In this document: one piece after another, positions 47,116 through 58,100 of the stretch | Position numbering within the stretch: position 1 is the first letter of the stretch | Layout of the letters: every line of letters begins with the position of its first letter | Virus record (IMG/VR): IMGVR_UViG_3300028392_000029 | Span: 62,001 to 126,000 of that record | Reading direction: 5' to 3' (one strand) | DNA: 64,000 bases | Program-made: the position numbers and the translations under genes | Notes under the pieces: model-generated | What the model saw: only the letters and a program-made list of their open reading frames with translations | What the model was told of the DNA's origin: nothing | Databases searched by the model: none

Positions 47116-49395
47116 ATGGATTTTGGCAGTGTTACCGGCGCAATTAATTCTGCAACTAGAACCGTTAGCAGTGTGTCTTCGGCTGCCACTAGTTTATTAG
47201 CATCTGGGTCTAGTTTATTATCATCTGGGCCTGCAAGTGCGCTGTCGTCTATATCAAGTGCTATTTCTGGACTGTTAGGCGGACTGAGTTCGTTATTCAA
47301 AGGGTTACCTACTGGGGTAACTCTGCCTCTTCCTAATCCACTATTTGCATATGCTAGTTATACCTATGTATTAAGCATTGGATGTTTAACCGATGACGAC
47401 CTTAGTCATCCTGATACCACTTATAAAATTGGAAAACGCATTCCTTTAATATGTAAATCAGCAAATGCCGATCCCAGCAACAGAGTTAATACACCATATG
47501 GAAAGTTTGATTTTTTTCTTGACGAGTTAACACTAGACAGTTTAATTGGATTTGAAGAAGGATCGGGTAATACCAATGTTACCGGACTGACTTTTCAAAT
47601 AACTGAACCATATAGTATGGGACTGTTTATAATAGCGGTACAACAGCTCGCTCAGGAATTAGGGCATGATAACTGGAGAGAAGCACCTTTCTTGCTTACA
47701 ATAGAATTTAGAGGTAATACTGAAACAGGGCAAATTCAAAATATTCCAAACACTACTCGTCACATTCCGTTTAATTTTAACGAAATGAGCATGGTTGTTA
47801 ACGACCGGGGATCGGTGTATTCTTGTACAGCACAGCCTTGCAACCAATATGCTTTAGGCGATGCGGCAGCAAATTTACAATCAGATCATTCTACAGTAGG
47901 ATCAACAGTACAAGAAATTTTACAAACCGGAGAAAAAAGTTTACAAGCTGTAATTAATCAACGAGCACAGTTATTGGTTCAAAAAGGTATAGTACCGGTA
48001 GCCGACGAATATATTATTATCTTTCCAACAAATCCAGCATCTTCTAATACTGGATTTACGCCGGACGATACTACTAGTAAAGATCTAGGAGCAACGGAAG
48101 ATCCAAGTGCTGGAAATGGCGCTGGTGGGATAGAGGCAATATTAGGACTTTCAAGAAGCTCGGTGAATGGCACATTGATTCAAAGCTCAGAGGATGTTAA
48201 TGCCTTAGGACAAGCTACTCTAATAGCCGAGGACAGCAGAAGAGGAGATCCACAAACTGGAAAAGCTGATGCAGTTTACGATCCTAAAAGTAAAACTTTT
48301 ATACAAGGTAATTTAAAAAACGATCCTACACAAACAGAGATGAAATTTAGCCAAGATACAAATATACCCAATGCTATAAATCAAGTTCTTTTGCAAAGTG
48401 ATTTTGTTAAAGATGCATTAGACAGCTCACTAATAACCCCCGAAGGATATCGTGGATGGTGGAGAATTGATTGCCAAGTATATAATAATCCAACAAGTGA
48501 AAACATGGCAGTCACTGGAACGAAACCTAAAATAATTGTTTATAGAGTAATACCATATAAGGTACATAGTAGTAGAATGATGCCACCTAACACTAAAGCA
48601 CCAGGACTTGGCGAAGGCGGTGAATTAGAAGCACAAGTGGTCAAGCACTATAACTACATCTATACTGGTAAAAATGTCGACATTTTAAAATTTGAAATTA
48701 AAGTCAACAACGGATTTACTCAAATTATGGGATCCGATGGATTGACTAGAACCCAAGACGAAGTGAAGGCAGCATCAGATGGCGGTGATCCGGAAACAAA
48801 TACTTCACCAGTACAACCAATGCCGCTGGGAAATCCACCATCAACTGAGTTGGGTGTGATACCTACAATCGTAAAGTATATAGGTACTATGACTTCTACC
48901 GACCGCATGGGCGGCGGCGGCCAAGAAGGTGTTGCTCAACGTGCGGCTCGATTATTCCAAGATGCACTTTCTTACAGCACTGACATGATTGATTTAGATA
49001 TGGAAATCATCGGGGATCCGTATTTTATTGCACAAAGTGGAATGGGCAACTACACTAGTGAAGCTGCCACTACCAATTTAAATACAGATGGTTCTGTGAA
49101 TTATCAAGATGGCGAAGTTGATATCAAAGTTAATTTTAGAACCCCAATAGACTTAAATCAAGGTACTGGATTATATGATTTTGGAGGCTCGAGTAAAAGT
49201 GCTCCGGTTATGCAATTTAGTGGAGTATACTGTGTTAATCAAGTAATCAGCACATTTAGTAAAGGTGTGTTTAAACAACAATTAAAAGGATTTAGACGTC
49301 CGTATCAGGAAGCATTGGAAGATGCTACTCCGGACCAAATGTTCTCAACACGTCGAACTCAGCCTGATCCGACAATAGACGGCGAAGGCGAATAA
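47116..49395 (+). CDS. Baseplate hub protein (gp27/VgrG-like)
   Basis: Located between gp53-like and gp5-like; ITEPYSMGLF, LDMEIIGDPYFI, FSGVYCVNQVISTFSKGVFKQQL motifs. Confidence 0.65.
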   Translation: MDFGSVTGAINSATRTVSSVSSAATSLLASGSSLLSSGPASALSSISSAISGLLGGLSSLFKGLPTGVTLPLPNPLFAYASYTYVLSIGCLTDDDLSHPDTTYKIGKRIPLICKSANADPSNRVNTPYGKFDFFLDELTLDSLIGFEEGSGNTNVTGLTFQITEPYSMGLFIIAVQQLAQELGHDNWREAPFLLTIEFRGNTETGQIQNIPNTTRHIPFNFNEMSMVVNDRGSVYSCTAQPCNQYALGDAAANLQSDHSTVGSTVQEILQTGEKSLQAVINQRAQLLVQKGIVPVADEYIIIFPTNPASSNTGFTPDDTTSKDLGATEDPSAGNGAGGIEAILGLSRSSVNGTLIQSSEDVNALGQATLIAEDSRRGDPQTGKADAVYDPKSKTFIQGNLKNDPTQTEMKFSQDTNIPNAINQVLLQSDFVKDALDSSLITPEGYRGWWRIDCQVYNNPTSENMAVTGTKPKIIVYRVIPYKVHSSRMMPPNTKAPGLGEGGELEAQVVKHYNYIYTGKNVDILKFEIKVNNGFTQIMGSDGLTRTQDEVKAASDGGDPETNTSPVQPMPLGNPPSTELGVIPTIVKYIGTMTSTDRMGGGGQEGVAQRAARLFQDALSYSTDMIDLDMEIIGDPYFIAQSGMGNYTSEAATTNLNTDGSVNYQDGEVDIKVNFRTPIDLNQGTGLYDFGGSSKSAPVMQFSGVYCVNQVISTFSKGVFKQQLKGFRRPYQEALEDATPDQMFSTRRTQPDPTIDGEGE

Positions 49396-49399
49396 CACA

Positions 49400-50998
49400 A
49401 TGGCAAATAAAGATCAAAATCATATGTCGGCGGAGTCTGGTACTCCTCGCCCCGGCCCGTTTTTAGCTAGAGTAGTAAGTCATCAAGATCCTACCTATAT
49501 GGGGGTCCTAACCGTTGAAATATTAAGGCCCAGCGGCAGCACATCCAGTGAAGGCGAGTTACATCAGGTAAAATACATGAGTCCATTTTACGGAGTAACC
49601 AAAGCTGAGTTTGTTAATAAAGATCCCGACGACTATAATAATGCACAAAAAAGTTACGGTATGTGGATGATACCACCAGACACTGGAACTACAGTAGTAA
49701 TATTTTTTATCGACGGCGACCCTAAGCGTGGTTATTGGATGGGTAGTGTATTAGATACAGATATGAATCATATGTTACCGGGAATTGCCGCTACAGAAAA
49801 TAATGTAGAAGGTGGTACAACTAGTTTAACCGGCGACCCTTTGCGAGCACCAGTTTCGGAATATAACAATCTAGTCAACAAACAACCAGAAGATGGTACT
49901 AAGGTCAAGAAACCTCAACACCCGTTAACTAAGGCACTACAAGACCAAGGCTTGATAGAAGATGATATTAGGGGTATTACAACTAGTAGTGCTAGACGAG
50001 AAGTACCTAGCATGGTATTTGGAATATCTACACCCGGGCCATTAGATAAACAGGATGGCACCCCTACTGGAAAAGTTGGTACCGAACAAAATTTTATTCC
50101 TAATTACCCTGCTAGTAGACTTGGTGGCACGACATTTGTTATGGATGACGGTGACGATAAATTTATTAGAAAAACTAAAGTAACTGAAGGGCCTCCGGAG
50201 TATGTTGCGGTAAGTCAAGGAGAAACAGGAGGCGAAGTAACAATTCCGCACAACGAATTATTCAGGATTCGTACACGGACCGGGCATCAAATACTAATGC
50301 ACAACAGCGAAGATTTAATTTACATTACAAATAGTCGAGGTACAAGCTGGATTGAAATGTCGAGCGATGGAAAAATTGATATTTTTGCTACAGACAGCAT
50401 TAGTGTACATACCGGCAATGATTTAAATTTCTATGCTGATCGTGATATCAATTTTGAAGCAGGGCGTAATTTTAATCTCAAAGTTAAAGAGCGCCATCAA
50501 ACAGAAGTAGGCAAAGATAAGATTACCATAGTCGATGGCAAGGTAGCAATTAAAGTAGCTGAAACTCACGACGAAACGATAGGCGGGCAAGCTAACATAA
50601 CAGTTGCTGGCGGATTCGATCTCAATACTAGCGGAACTAATAAATTAACATCGGGCGGAACAATGGAAATAGGCGCAGCCAATACAACTATATCTGGAGG
50701 CAGTATTAACCTTAACGGGCCTGCCGCAGCCTCAGCCGGATCAGCCGCTGTGCCAGAACCTCTTAGCACTTTTGATAACCCAACAGAAAAAGACGGTACA
50801 ACTATCACTAGTATTATGTTGAGAGTACCAACTACAGAGCCATACCCGCACCATGAAAATTTAGATGCTACAAAGTTTACACCCGATGCCACAGATAGGG
50901 AAAGTGGTAGTGCAATAGCAATACCTGATTTTTATAAAAAGTATACAACATCAACAGATCCCTTTAACAAGGTAAAAGGACCAGATAATGCCCAATAA
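49400..50998 (+). CDS. gp5: Baseplate central spike (gp5-like; OB fold + beta-helix, no lysozyme domain evident)
   Basis: SYGMWMIPPDTGTTVVIFFIDGDP..GYWMG OB-fold; RTRTGHQILMHNSEDLIYI and VxG-type beta-helix repeats. Confidence 0.8.
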   Translation: MANKDQNHMSAESGTPRPGPFLARVVSHQDPTYMGVLTVEILRPSGSTSSEGELHQVKYMSPFYGVTKAEFVNKDPDDYNNAQKSYGMWMIPPDTGTTVVIFFIDGDPKRGYWMGSVLDTDMNHMLPGIAATENNVEGGTTSLTGDPLRAPVSEYNNLVNKQPEDGTKVKKPQHPLTKALQDQGLIEDDIRGITTSSARREVPSMVFGISTPGPLDKQDGTPTGKVGTEQNFIPNYPASRLGGTTFVMDDGDDKFIRKTKVTEGPPEYVAVSQGETGGEVTIPHNELFRIRTRTGHQILMHNSEDLIYITNSRGTSWIEMSSDGKIDIFATDSISVHTGNDLNFYADRDINFEAGRNFNLKVKERHQTEVGKDKITIVDGKVAIKVAETHDETIGGQANITVAGGFDLNTSGTNKLTSGGTMEIGAANTTISGGSINLNGPAAASAGSAAVPEPLSTFDNPTEKDGTTITSIMLRVPTTEPYPHHENLDATKFTPDATDRESGSAIAIPDFYKKYTTSTDPFNKVKGPDNAQ

Positions 50999-51425
50999 TC
51001 TTTACAGCAATATTAATGTACAAAATCGCACAGTCGCTAAAACAGTCACTCCTCAGATGTATCGAGGATTCAGCACAGTTAATACTACCACACAAAATTT
51101 TACACTGTATGACTTTGAATTAATTAAACAAGACTTGTTAAATCATTTTTACGTTAGACAAGGCGAACGATTAATGAATCCTTTGTTTGGCACAGTTATA
51201 TGGGATCTAATATTTGAACCGATGACTGAAGAAATAAAAGATTTAATCTTACAAAATGTTAACGAGATTGTTAACTATGACCCAAGGATTCAAGCACAGA
51301 ATGTAGTGGTAACTAGCTACGATAAAGGTATACAAATTGAGTGTACTTTAAAATATTTGCCTTATAATATTTCTCAGAATCTAAAATTACAGTTTGATCA
51401 AGCATCTGGGCTATCGATTGCATGA
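50988..51425 (+). CDS. gp25: Baseplate wedge subunit (gp25-like)
   Basis: YRGFST, LIKQDLLNHF..RQGERLMNPLFGT.IWDLIFEP, YDPRI motifs. Confidence 0.88.
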   Translation: MPNNLYSNINVQNRTVAKTVTPQMYRGFSTVNTTTQNFTLYDFELIKQDLLNHFYVRQGERLMNPLFGTVIWDLIFEPMTEEIKDLILQNVNEIVNYDPRIQAQNVVVTSYDKGIQIECTLKYLPYNISQNLKLQFDQASGLSIA

Positions 51426-51427
51426 TA

Positions 51428-51457
51428 AACTACGCACATAATTTTATTCAATAAATA
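51428..51457 (+). promoter_or_regulatory. Late promoter: AACTACGCAC-N14-TAAATA upstream of gp6
   Basis: gataaactacgcacataattttattcaataaatac, followed by an AGGA RBS and the ATG at 51476. Confidence 0.55.
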
Positions 51458-51475
51458 CACTTATTAGGATAAAAC

Positions 51476-54400
51476 ATGAGTTCAACAGATCGTCAAAATA
51501 ATCTTCTCATAAGCCAAGACTGGACAAAAATTTACCAGTCTTTCAAGAATGCCGATTTTCAAAGCTACGATTTTGAAAATTTACGCAGGTCTATGATTGA
51601 GTATATTCGCACCAACTTTCCTGAGGATTTTAACGATTACATCGAGTCCAGCGAATACCTTGCCCTAATTGATCTTATTGCTTATGTGGGACAAAGCATA
51701 GCTTTCCGTGTTGACCTAAATGCCCGCGAAAACTTTTTAGAGCTAGCAGAGCGTCGAGATAGTATCCTTCGATTAGCAAGATTAATTAGCTACAATGCTA
51801 GTAGGAATGTGGCTGCTAGAGGTTTATTAAAATTTAGCACAGTTAAAACTACTGAAAATGTTATTGATAGTAATGGACGAAATCTGTCCGGACAAATAAT
51901 TACCTGGAACGATCCTAGCAATGCAAACTGGTATGACCAGTTTATTAAAATCATCAATGCCGCACTACCGACTACTCAACAATTTGGAAATCCTATCGAT
52001 TCTGGAAGTATCTACGGCATTAGTTCAGCACAATATCGATTCAACGGGTCTAACACAGATATACCATTGTATAGTTTTACCAAGACGATAGCTGGCCGTT
52101 CAATGGCGTTTGAAATTACAAGTACTACATTTAATGGGCAAAGTTACATTTACGAGGAAGCTCCTAAAGTTGGAAATCGCTTGGCATGTGTCTATACCGA
52201 CGACGGGTATGGCGCTAGCAGTAGTAATACTGGATTCTTTTTAAATTTTACGCAGGGTACATTACAACAAGGTGTCTTTTCAATTACTCAACCTAGTACT
52301 AATGAAATAATTAATATCAATACACAAAATATCAACAACACAGATGTATGGTTATATAAATTAAATTCAACTGGTTTAGAATCCGAATTATGGAGTAAAG
52401 TTCCTAATCTAACTGGCAATAATATCATTTATAATAGTCTATCTAATAAAATTAAAAATATTTACAGTGTAATAACTAGAGGCGGCGATACAATTAGCCT
52501 ATCGTTTAGCGACGGAACATTTGGTAATTTGCCATTAGGCACCTTTAGAAGTTACTACCGGACTAGTAATAATTTAACATATACAATTAATCCTTCGGAT
52601 ATATTAAATGTAACAATTAATATTCCATACATATCTGCGAAAAATCAATCTGAAACATTATCAATTACTTTAGGATTACCTAGTTCTGTTAGTAACGCCG
52701 CCCAATCAGAAACAAATGCTAGCATAAAGGCAAACGCACCTGCAACTTACTATACACAAAATCGTATGATTACAGGTGAAGATTATAATATTAGTCCTCT
52801 GTCTGCTACTCAAAAAATCTCAAAAATAAAAGCAGTCAATCGATCTAGCAGTGGAATTAGCAGATATTTTGATCTTGTAGATCCTACCGGAAAATATAGT
52901 TCAACAAACTTATTTGCAGATGATGGAATATTATACCAAGATCCGTATACATCGTTAGTTAATTTTTCTTATACTACACAGTCGGATGTTGAAAGTATCG
53001 TATTAAATACTGTATATGATATATTGAACTCTCCCGAATTAAGAAATTTTTATTATGCGAATTTCACTAACACCATTAATACTAGTGTGAATCTAATTTG
53101 GCATGCAGTCACTACTGACAGTAACGCATCAACAGGATATATCGGTGATGCTACTAGCACTGTAATTTATAAAACCGGATCGTATACAGCAACAGATCTA
53201 AGATACGTTACCTTGGGATCCCTGATTAAATTCATAGCCCCTCCTGGTTATTATTTTGATAATAATAATCGCAATAAATTAGTTGCAGGTATCCCGATCG
53301 CTAATGGGTCAAGCTACTATATTTGGGCTGAAACAGTTTCTGTGACACAAGATGGAACAGCATCGGGTATTGGAGTACTCGGAGACGGCACAGGCCCGAT
53401 ACACTTGAATATCTCAGTGCCTGACCGTGCAATAATTTCTCAAATAATCCCAAAATTAACAAGAACTATTGATGCTTCAGTTATAACAGCAATAATTGAT
53501 CTAGTGTTTGCAAATCAGCCATTTGGTCTCCGATATGACTCGTCTATACAATCATGGCAAATTATATTTGAAACAAATCTTAATACAAGTACAGTTTTTA
53601 GTTTATCCAATCAAGGCAGTACTTCAAATACACAACAAGATGCCAGTTGGTTTATGTTGTTTACAACCAACAACGAATATTATACTATTACAACTAGATT
53701 ATTAAGATATGTATTCGAAAGCGACCAACAACTTAACTTTTATTTTGATTCAGATCAAAAAATATATGATATTGTATCAACATCAATCGTTAAAGATGCA
53801 ATTAATGTATTAAATGTTAATACGCAGCCTCTCGGGTCTCTGCCATTTACTAGTAGTTTATCATGGGAAGTAATTTCATCCTACAGCGGATTAGATGGGT
53901 ATGTTGACCCTAAAAAAATTATTGTTACTTTCACAGATTCTGATAACAACGGAGTTGTTGATAATCCTCAGTTATTTTTTGATATTGTTACAACATCTAA
54001 TATTACAGGATCTGCTGTAATTAAAACAACAACAATTACTTCTTTGCTAGCCAGCGCGGTTATGGTAGGATCGGCAGTCCAGGGTGCAGGGATCCCTCCA
54101 GACACTATTATTGTTTCTGTTACTCCGGGGATTTCTTTTACTATAAACAATCCTACAACTGCTACTATAACCAATGAAACCCTCACAGTCAAAAAAATAA
54201 CTTACATTATACAGAAAAGATATCTAATCAGTCAAGGGCAAGAAGACTACAGATATGTTAGTAATGTATCAAATATTGTATTGATATTGCCTTCTGAAAA
54301 CCAAGTAGGATTTTTAACACAATATACCGACGGACAATATTTTTATTTTATAGATACTGATGTAGTTAAAAAGTTTAATGCATCTACTTCTTCCTTATCT

Positions 54401-55126
54401 ATAAGTTTAGATTATAAAGTATATATTGGTAGAGATAAATTAAAATTCCAATATACTCATAGTGCAGACTATGATAGCAGAATTGATCCTGGGTCTAGCA
54501 ACATTATGGATATGTATGTGCTGACTACTGATTATAATAGTCGATATCGCCAGTGGTTAAGTGGTGCGAACATTAGCCAGCCACTTCCGCCTAGCTCTGA
54601 CGAATTACATACGTTGTTAAGTTCTAACCTTGATCCAATTAAAGCAATGTCGGATGAAATAATATATCATCCGGTTAGTTATAAATTACTGTTCGGAGCC
54701 CAGGCAGAAATTAATTTGCAAGCGACATTCAGTGTCATTAAAAATTCAAGCTCAACAGCATCTGATAATGATATCAAAGCAAGAATCTTAATTGCAATTA
54801 ATACGTTCTTTGCTTTAGATAATTGGAATTTTGGTGATACATTTTATTTTACTGAATTATCAACTTATGTTATGAATCAGTTGGCTCCGGACATTACAAA
54901 TTTTGTAATTATTCCTAAGCAAGGCGATTTATACTTTGGGGCATTATTTGAAATTAAATGTCCTAGTAATCAAATATTTTTAAGTTGTGCAACATCTGAC
55001 ACAATTGTTGTTGTATCTGGATTTACATCTTCTAATTTAAAAACAGTAACAGGTAATGCATTAACATCATCCGTGGTAACATCACAAAATGTTACCAGTG
55101 CAAATTTTGGAGTAACAAATGGTTGA
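51476..55126 (+). CDS. gp6: Baseplate wedge subunit (gp6-like, extended, 1216 aa)
   Basis: DFENLRRSMIEY, ESSEYLALIDLIAY, ENFLELAERRDSILRLARLISYN, TQNRMITGEDY motifs. Confidence 0.85.
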   Translation: MSSTDRQNNLLISQDWTKIYQSFKNADFQSYDFENLRRSMIEYIRTNFPEDFNDYIESSEYLALIDLIAYVGQSIAFRVDLNARENFLELAERRDSILRLARLISYNASRNVAARGLLKFSTVKTTENVIDSNGRNLSGQIITWNDPSNANWYDQFIKIINAALPTTQQFGNPIDSGSIYGISSAQYRFNGSNTDIPLYSFTKTIAGRSMAFEITSTTFNGQSYIYEEAPKVGNRLACVYTDDGYGASSSNTGFFLNFTQGTLQQGVFSITQPSTNEIININTQNINNTDVWLYKLNSTGLESELWSKVPNLTGNNIIYNSLSNKIKNIYSVITRGGDTISLSFSDGTFGNLPLGTFRSYYRTSNNLTYTINPSDILNVTINIPYISAKNQSETLSITLGLPSSVSNAAQSETNASIKANAPATYYTQNRMITGEDYNISPLSATQKISKIKAVNRSSSGISRYFDLVDPTGKYSSTNLFADDGILYQDPYTSLVNFSYTTQSDVESIVLNTVYDILNSPELRNFYYANFTNTINTSVNLIWHAVTTDSNASTGYIGDATSTVIYKTGSYTATDLRYVTLGSLIKFIAPPGYYFDNNNRNKLVAGIPIANGSSYYIWAETVSVTQDGTASGIGVLGDGTGPIHLNISVPDRAIISQIIPKLTRTIDASVITAIIDLVFANQPFGLRYDSSIQSWQIIFETNLNTSTVFSLSNQGSTSNTQQDASWFMLFTTNNEYYTITTRLLRYVFESDQQLNFYFDSDQKIYDIVSTSIVKDAINVLNVNTQPLGSLPFTSSLSWEVISSYSGLDGYVDPKKIIVTFTDSDNNGVVDNPQLFFDIVTTSNITGSAVIKTTTITSLLASAVMVGSAVQGAGIPPDTIIVSVTPGISFTINNPTTATITNETLTVKKITYIIQKRYLISQGQEDYRYVSNVSNIVLILPSENQVGFLTQYTDGQYFYFIDTDVVKKFNASTSSLSISLDYKVYIGRDKLKFQYTHSADYDSRIDPGSSNIMDMYVLTTDYNSRYRQWLSGANISQPLPPSSDELHTLLSSNLDPIKAMSDEIIYHPVSYKLLFGAQAEINLQATFSVIKNSSSTASDNDIKARILIAINTFFALDNWNFGDTFYFTELSTYVMNQLAPDITNFVIIPKQGDLYFGALFEIKCPSNQIFLSCATSDTIVVVSGFTSSNLKTVTGNALTSSVVTSQNVTSANFGVTNG

Positions 55127-58100
55127 TAATGTTAACCCTAACGGCAGCAATTCTGGTCTTACTTTAAATTTACTACCAGCTTTTTATAGAACAGAAGCTA
55201 ATAAGAAATTTTTACAAGCAACACTGGATCAGTTATATCAACCTGGCTCTATTAAAAAAACAAACGGCTATATTGGGCGAGAAAATGCTAAATCGTCTAC
55301 CGGATCAGATATATTTGTCGAGGCATCGGATAGTACACGACAAAATTATCAGTTGGAACCTGCATTAACTGTAACCGACTCGATCGGCAATGTGACATTT
55401 TTTAAAGACTATATTGATTATATCAATCAATTAAATGTGTTCGGTGCTAATACCAGCAACCATGCTCGACTAAACAAACAAGAATTTTATTCTTGGGATC
55501 CGCATATTGATTGGGACAAGTTTGTTAACTTTCAAAATTATTACTGGTTGCCTTACGGCCCTGATTTAATTACAATCTATGGACAACAGTTAGCCATTGA
55601 AAGTACGTATACTGTAACACTTGAGTCAGAATTAAATAATAATCAATATTTGTTCACGCCTAACGGTTTTACTCGAAATCCGGTACTACGATTATTTAGA
55701 GGACAAACATATACTTTTGAAATTAATAGTCCGGGAAATCCTTTCAGTTTTAAAACTGCCCGTAGCCTCGGTATTGCTGATAGATATGAAATCCCAACAT
55801 TAAGTGATCATGCAGTTACTAATGGTACAATTACATTTACAATACCGTCGGATGCCCCTAGCTTACTTTATTATCAAAGCGAGTCAGATTTGAATCTTGG
55901 TGGTGTTATCGCAATTTATAATATTACTGAAGATACATTTATTAATGTCACTGACGAGATACTTGGAAAAAAACAATATAAATTAGCAAACGGCACACAA
56001 TTAAGTAACGGAATGAAACTTGCGTTTGGCGGAAATGTATCCCCAGACATGTATATGTCAGGAAAATACTATGTTGATGGTGTTGGTACCTCTATCAGAT
56101 TAATTCCAGAAACAATTTTAGAAATTACAAGCCCATATACAACTGTCACTGATATCCTATTTGATTCTGATGCATTTGATACTGAACCGTTTGATAATGC
56201 AAGCGGTTTTGCAAACACTTTAGACTATATCGTAATTAATCGAGCATCGAGAGATTATAATCCGTGGAGTCGATATAATAGATGGTTTCATAAAGATGTT
56301 ATAAATGCCAGCTCGGCATTTAACAATGCTATTGCTAATTTAGATCAAAAATATCGAGCAATAAGACCTATTATTGAATTCAATGCAGATTTAAAACTAT
56401 TTAATTATGGTACAGTAGCACTTGACGATATCGATTTAGTTGACGACTTTACAACTGATGTATTTTCAACTATCGAAGGAACATTTGGCTATAATATTGA
56501 TTCAACAGCATTGCAAGAAGGCCATCGAATATTGTTTACAGCTGATACTGATATACTTGTAAAAAATAAAATTTTTGAAGTGCGATTTATTGACATACAG
56601 CATATTAATGGTGTAAAACAAATACATTTAGTTGAGATCATAGAACCTATAGAAAATCATGTTGTTCTAGTGAGACAAGGTAAGATAAATCAAGGACAAA
56701 GCTATTGGTTTAATGGGACAGCTTGGAAACTAGCTCAAAAGAAAACGGTTACTAATCAACCTCCGCTATTTGACATAGTTGATTCGAATAAGATAAGTTA
56801 TGGAAATACTGAAGTATATAACGGCTCGACCTTTACAGGAACCTCTATCTTTTCGTATAAAAAAGGTAAAGGCGTAACTGATCCTAGCTTAGGATTCCCG
56901 CTAGCATATCAAAATGTTAGTAATATTGGCGACATTGTTTTTAACTTTAATCTAGCAACTGATGCATTTGAATATAAGAAAACTACAGCAATAATTTCTC
57001 AGAAAATAAATGTTGGGTATCTTGTTACACAAGATTATGCAGGAAATGTTGTATATGAGAACGGCTGGAAAAGGTCAGTAGTTAATACTCTGCAAGCTGC
57101 CGTTAGACTATACAAAAATTCAAATAAGACTAATAATTTTAATTTAGATATTTTTGATGATGTTAATAACTTAGAGGATCTAGTGGTCCAAGTTTTTGTT
57201 AACGGCAAACGATTAGATTGGCCTCAATGGTCAATAAAATCTGAATCGGACTACAAACAGATTGTACTCAAGACTGATATCAGTCTCACAGATGTGCTAA
57301 CACTTAAAGCATATGCCGCTCAACCTATAAATTCTAAGGGCTATTATGAAATTCCTATAAGTCTGCAAAACAATCCTCTAAACGATGAAATTAATGAATT
57401 TACCCTTGGCGAAGTTATCGACCATGTTAATTCTATTGTCGATAATCTAGGAAAAATATTTGTTGGAGTATTTCCGGGCGAAAGCAATTTACGAGATTTA
57501 GGAAACTTGTCTGAGTTTGGAACTAAATTTGTTCAGCATAGCGGTCCATCTAGTTTATCGCTATATCATATTACCTCGCCTCAAAACAATATTGTTCAGG
57601 CTTTAGAACTTTCTAGAGATGAATATAGTAATTTTAAAAGAAATTTAATTGCAGTTGCAGAATCACTAGGAGTCGATGCTGATTCTCGAACACTGGTTGA
57701 CATTATTCTACTGCAAATTACTAAAGATACTCCTAAAACACACCCTTATTATTTTAGTGATATGCTACCTTTTGGTGCTAGTTTAATTACAAATCTAAAT
57801 GTAGTAGACTATAGGATAAAATTATATCCGCTAACAAATAGTTTTAATTTAGAAAAACTGTCACCTAGTGCAGTTGGTGTATATTTAAATAACACACAAC
57901 TAATACACGGTCGTGATTATACTTTTGTCAGTCAAAATTTTATAAATGTTTCTGCACCATTAGTAAACGGCGATATAATCACAACATATGAATATGAAAG
58001 TACAGATGCATGCTTTGTGCCAGAAACTCCGACTAAATTAGGTATATGGCCGAAATATGAACCTAAATTATATTTAGATACATCGTATGTTACTCCCCGA

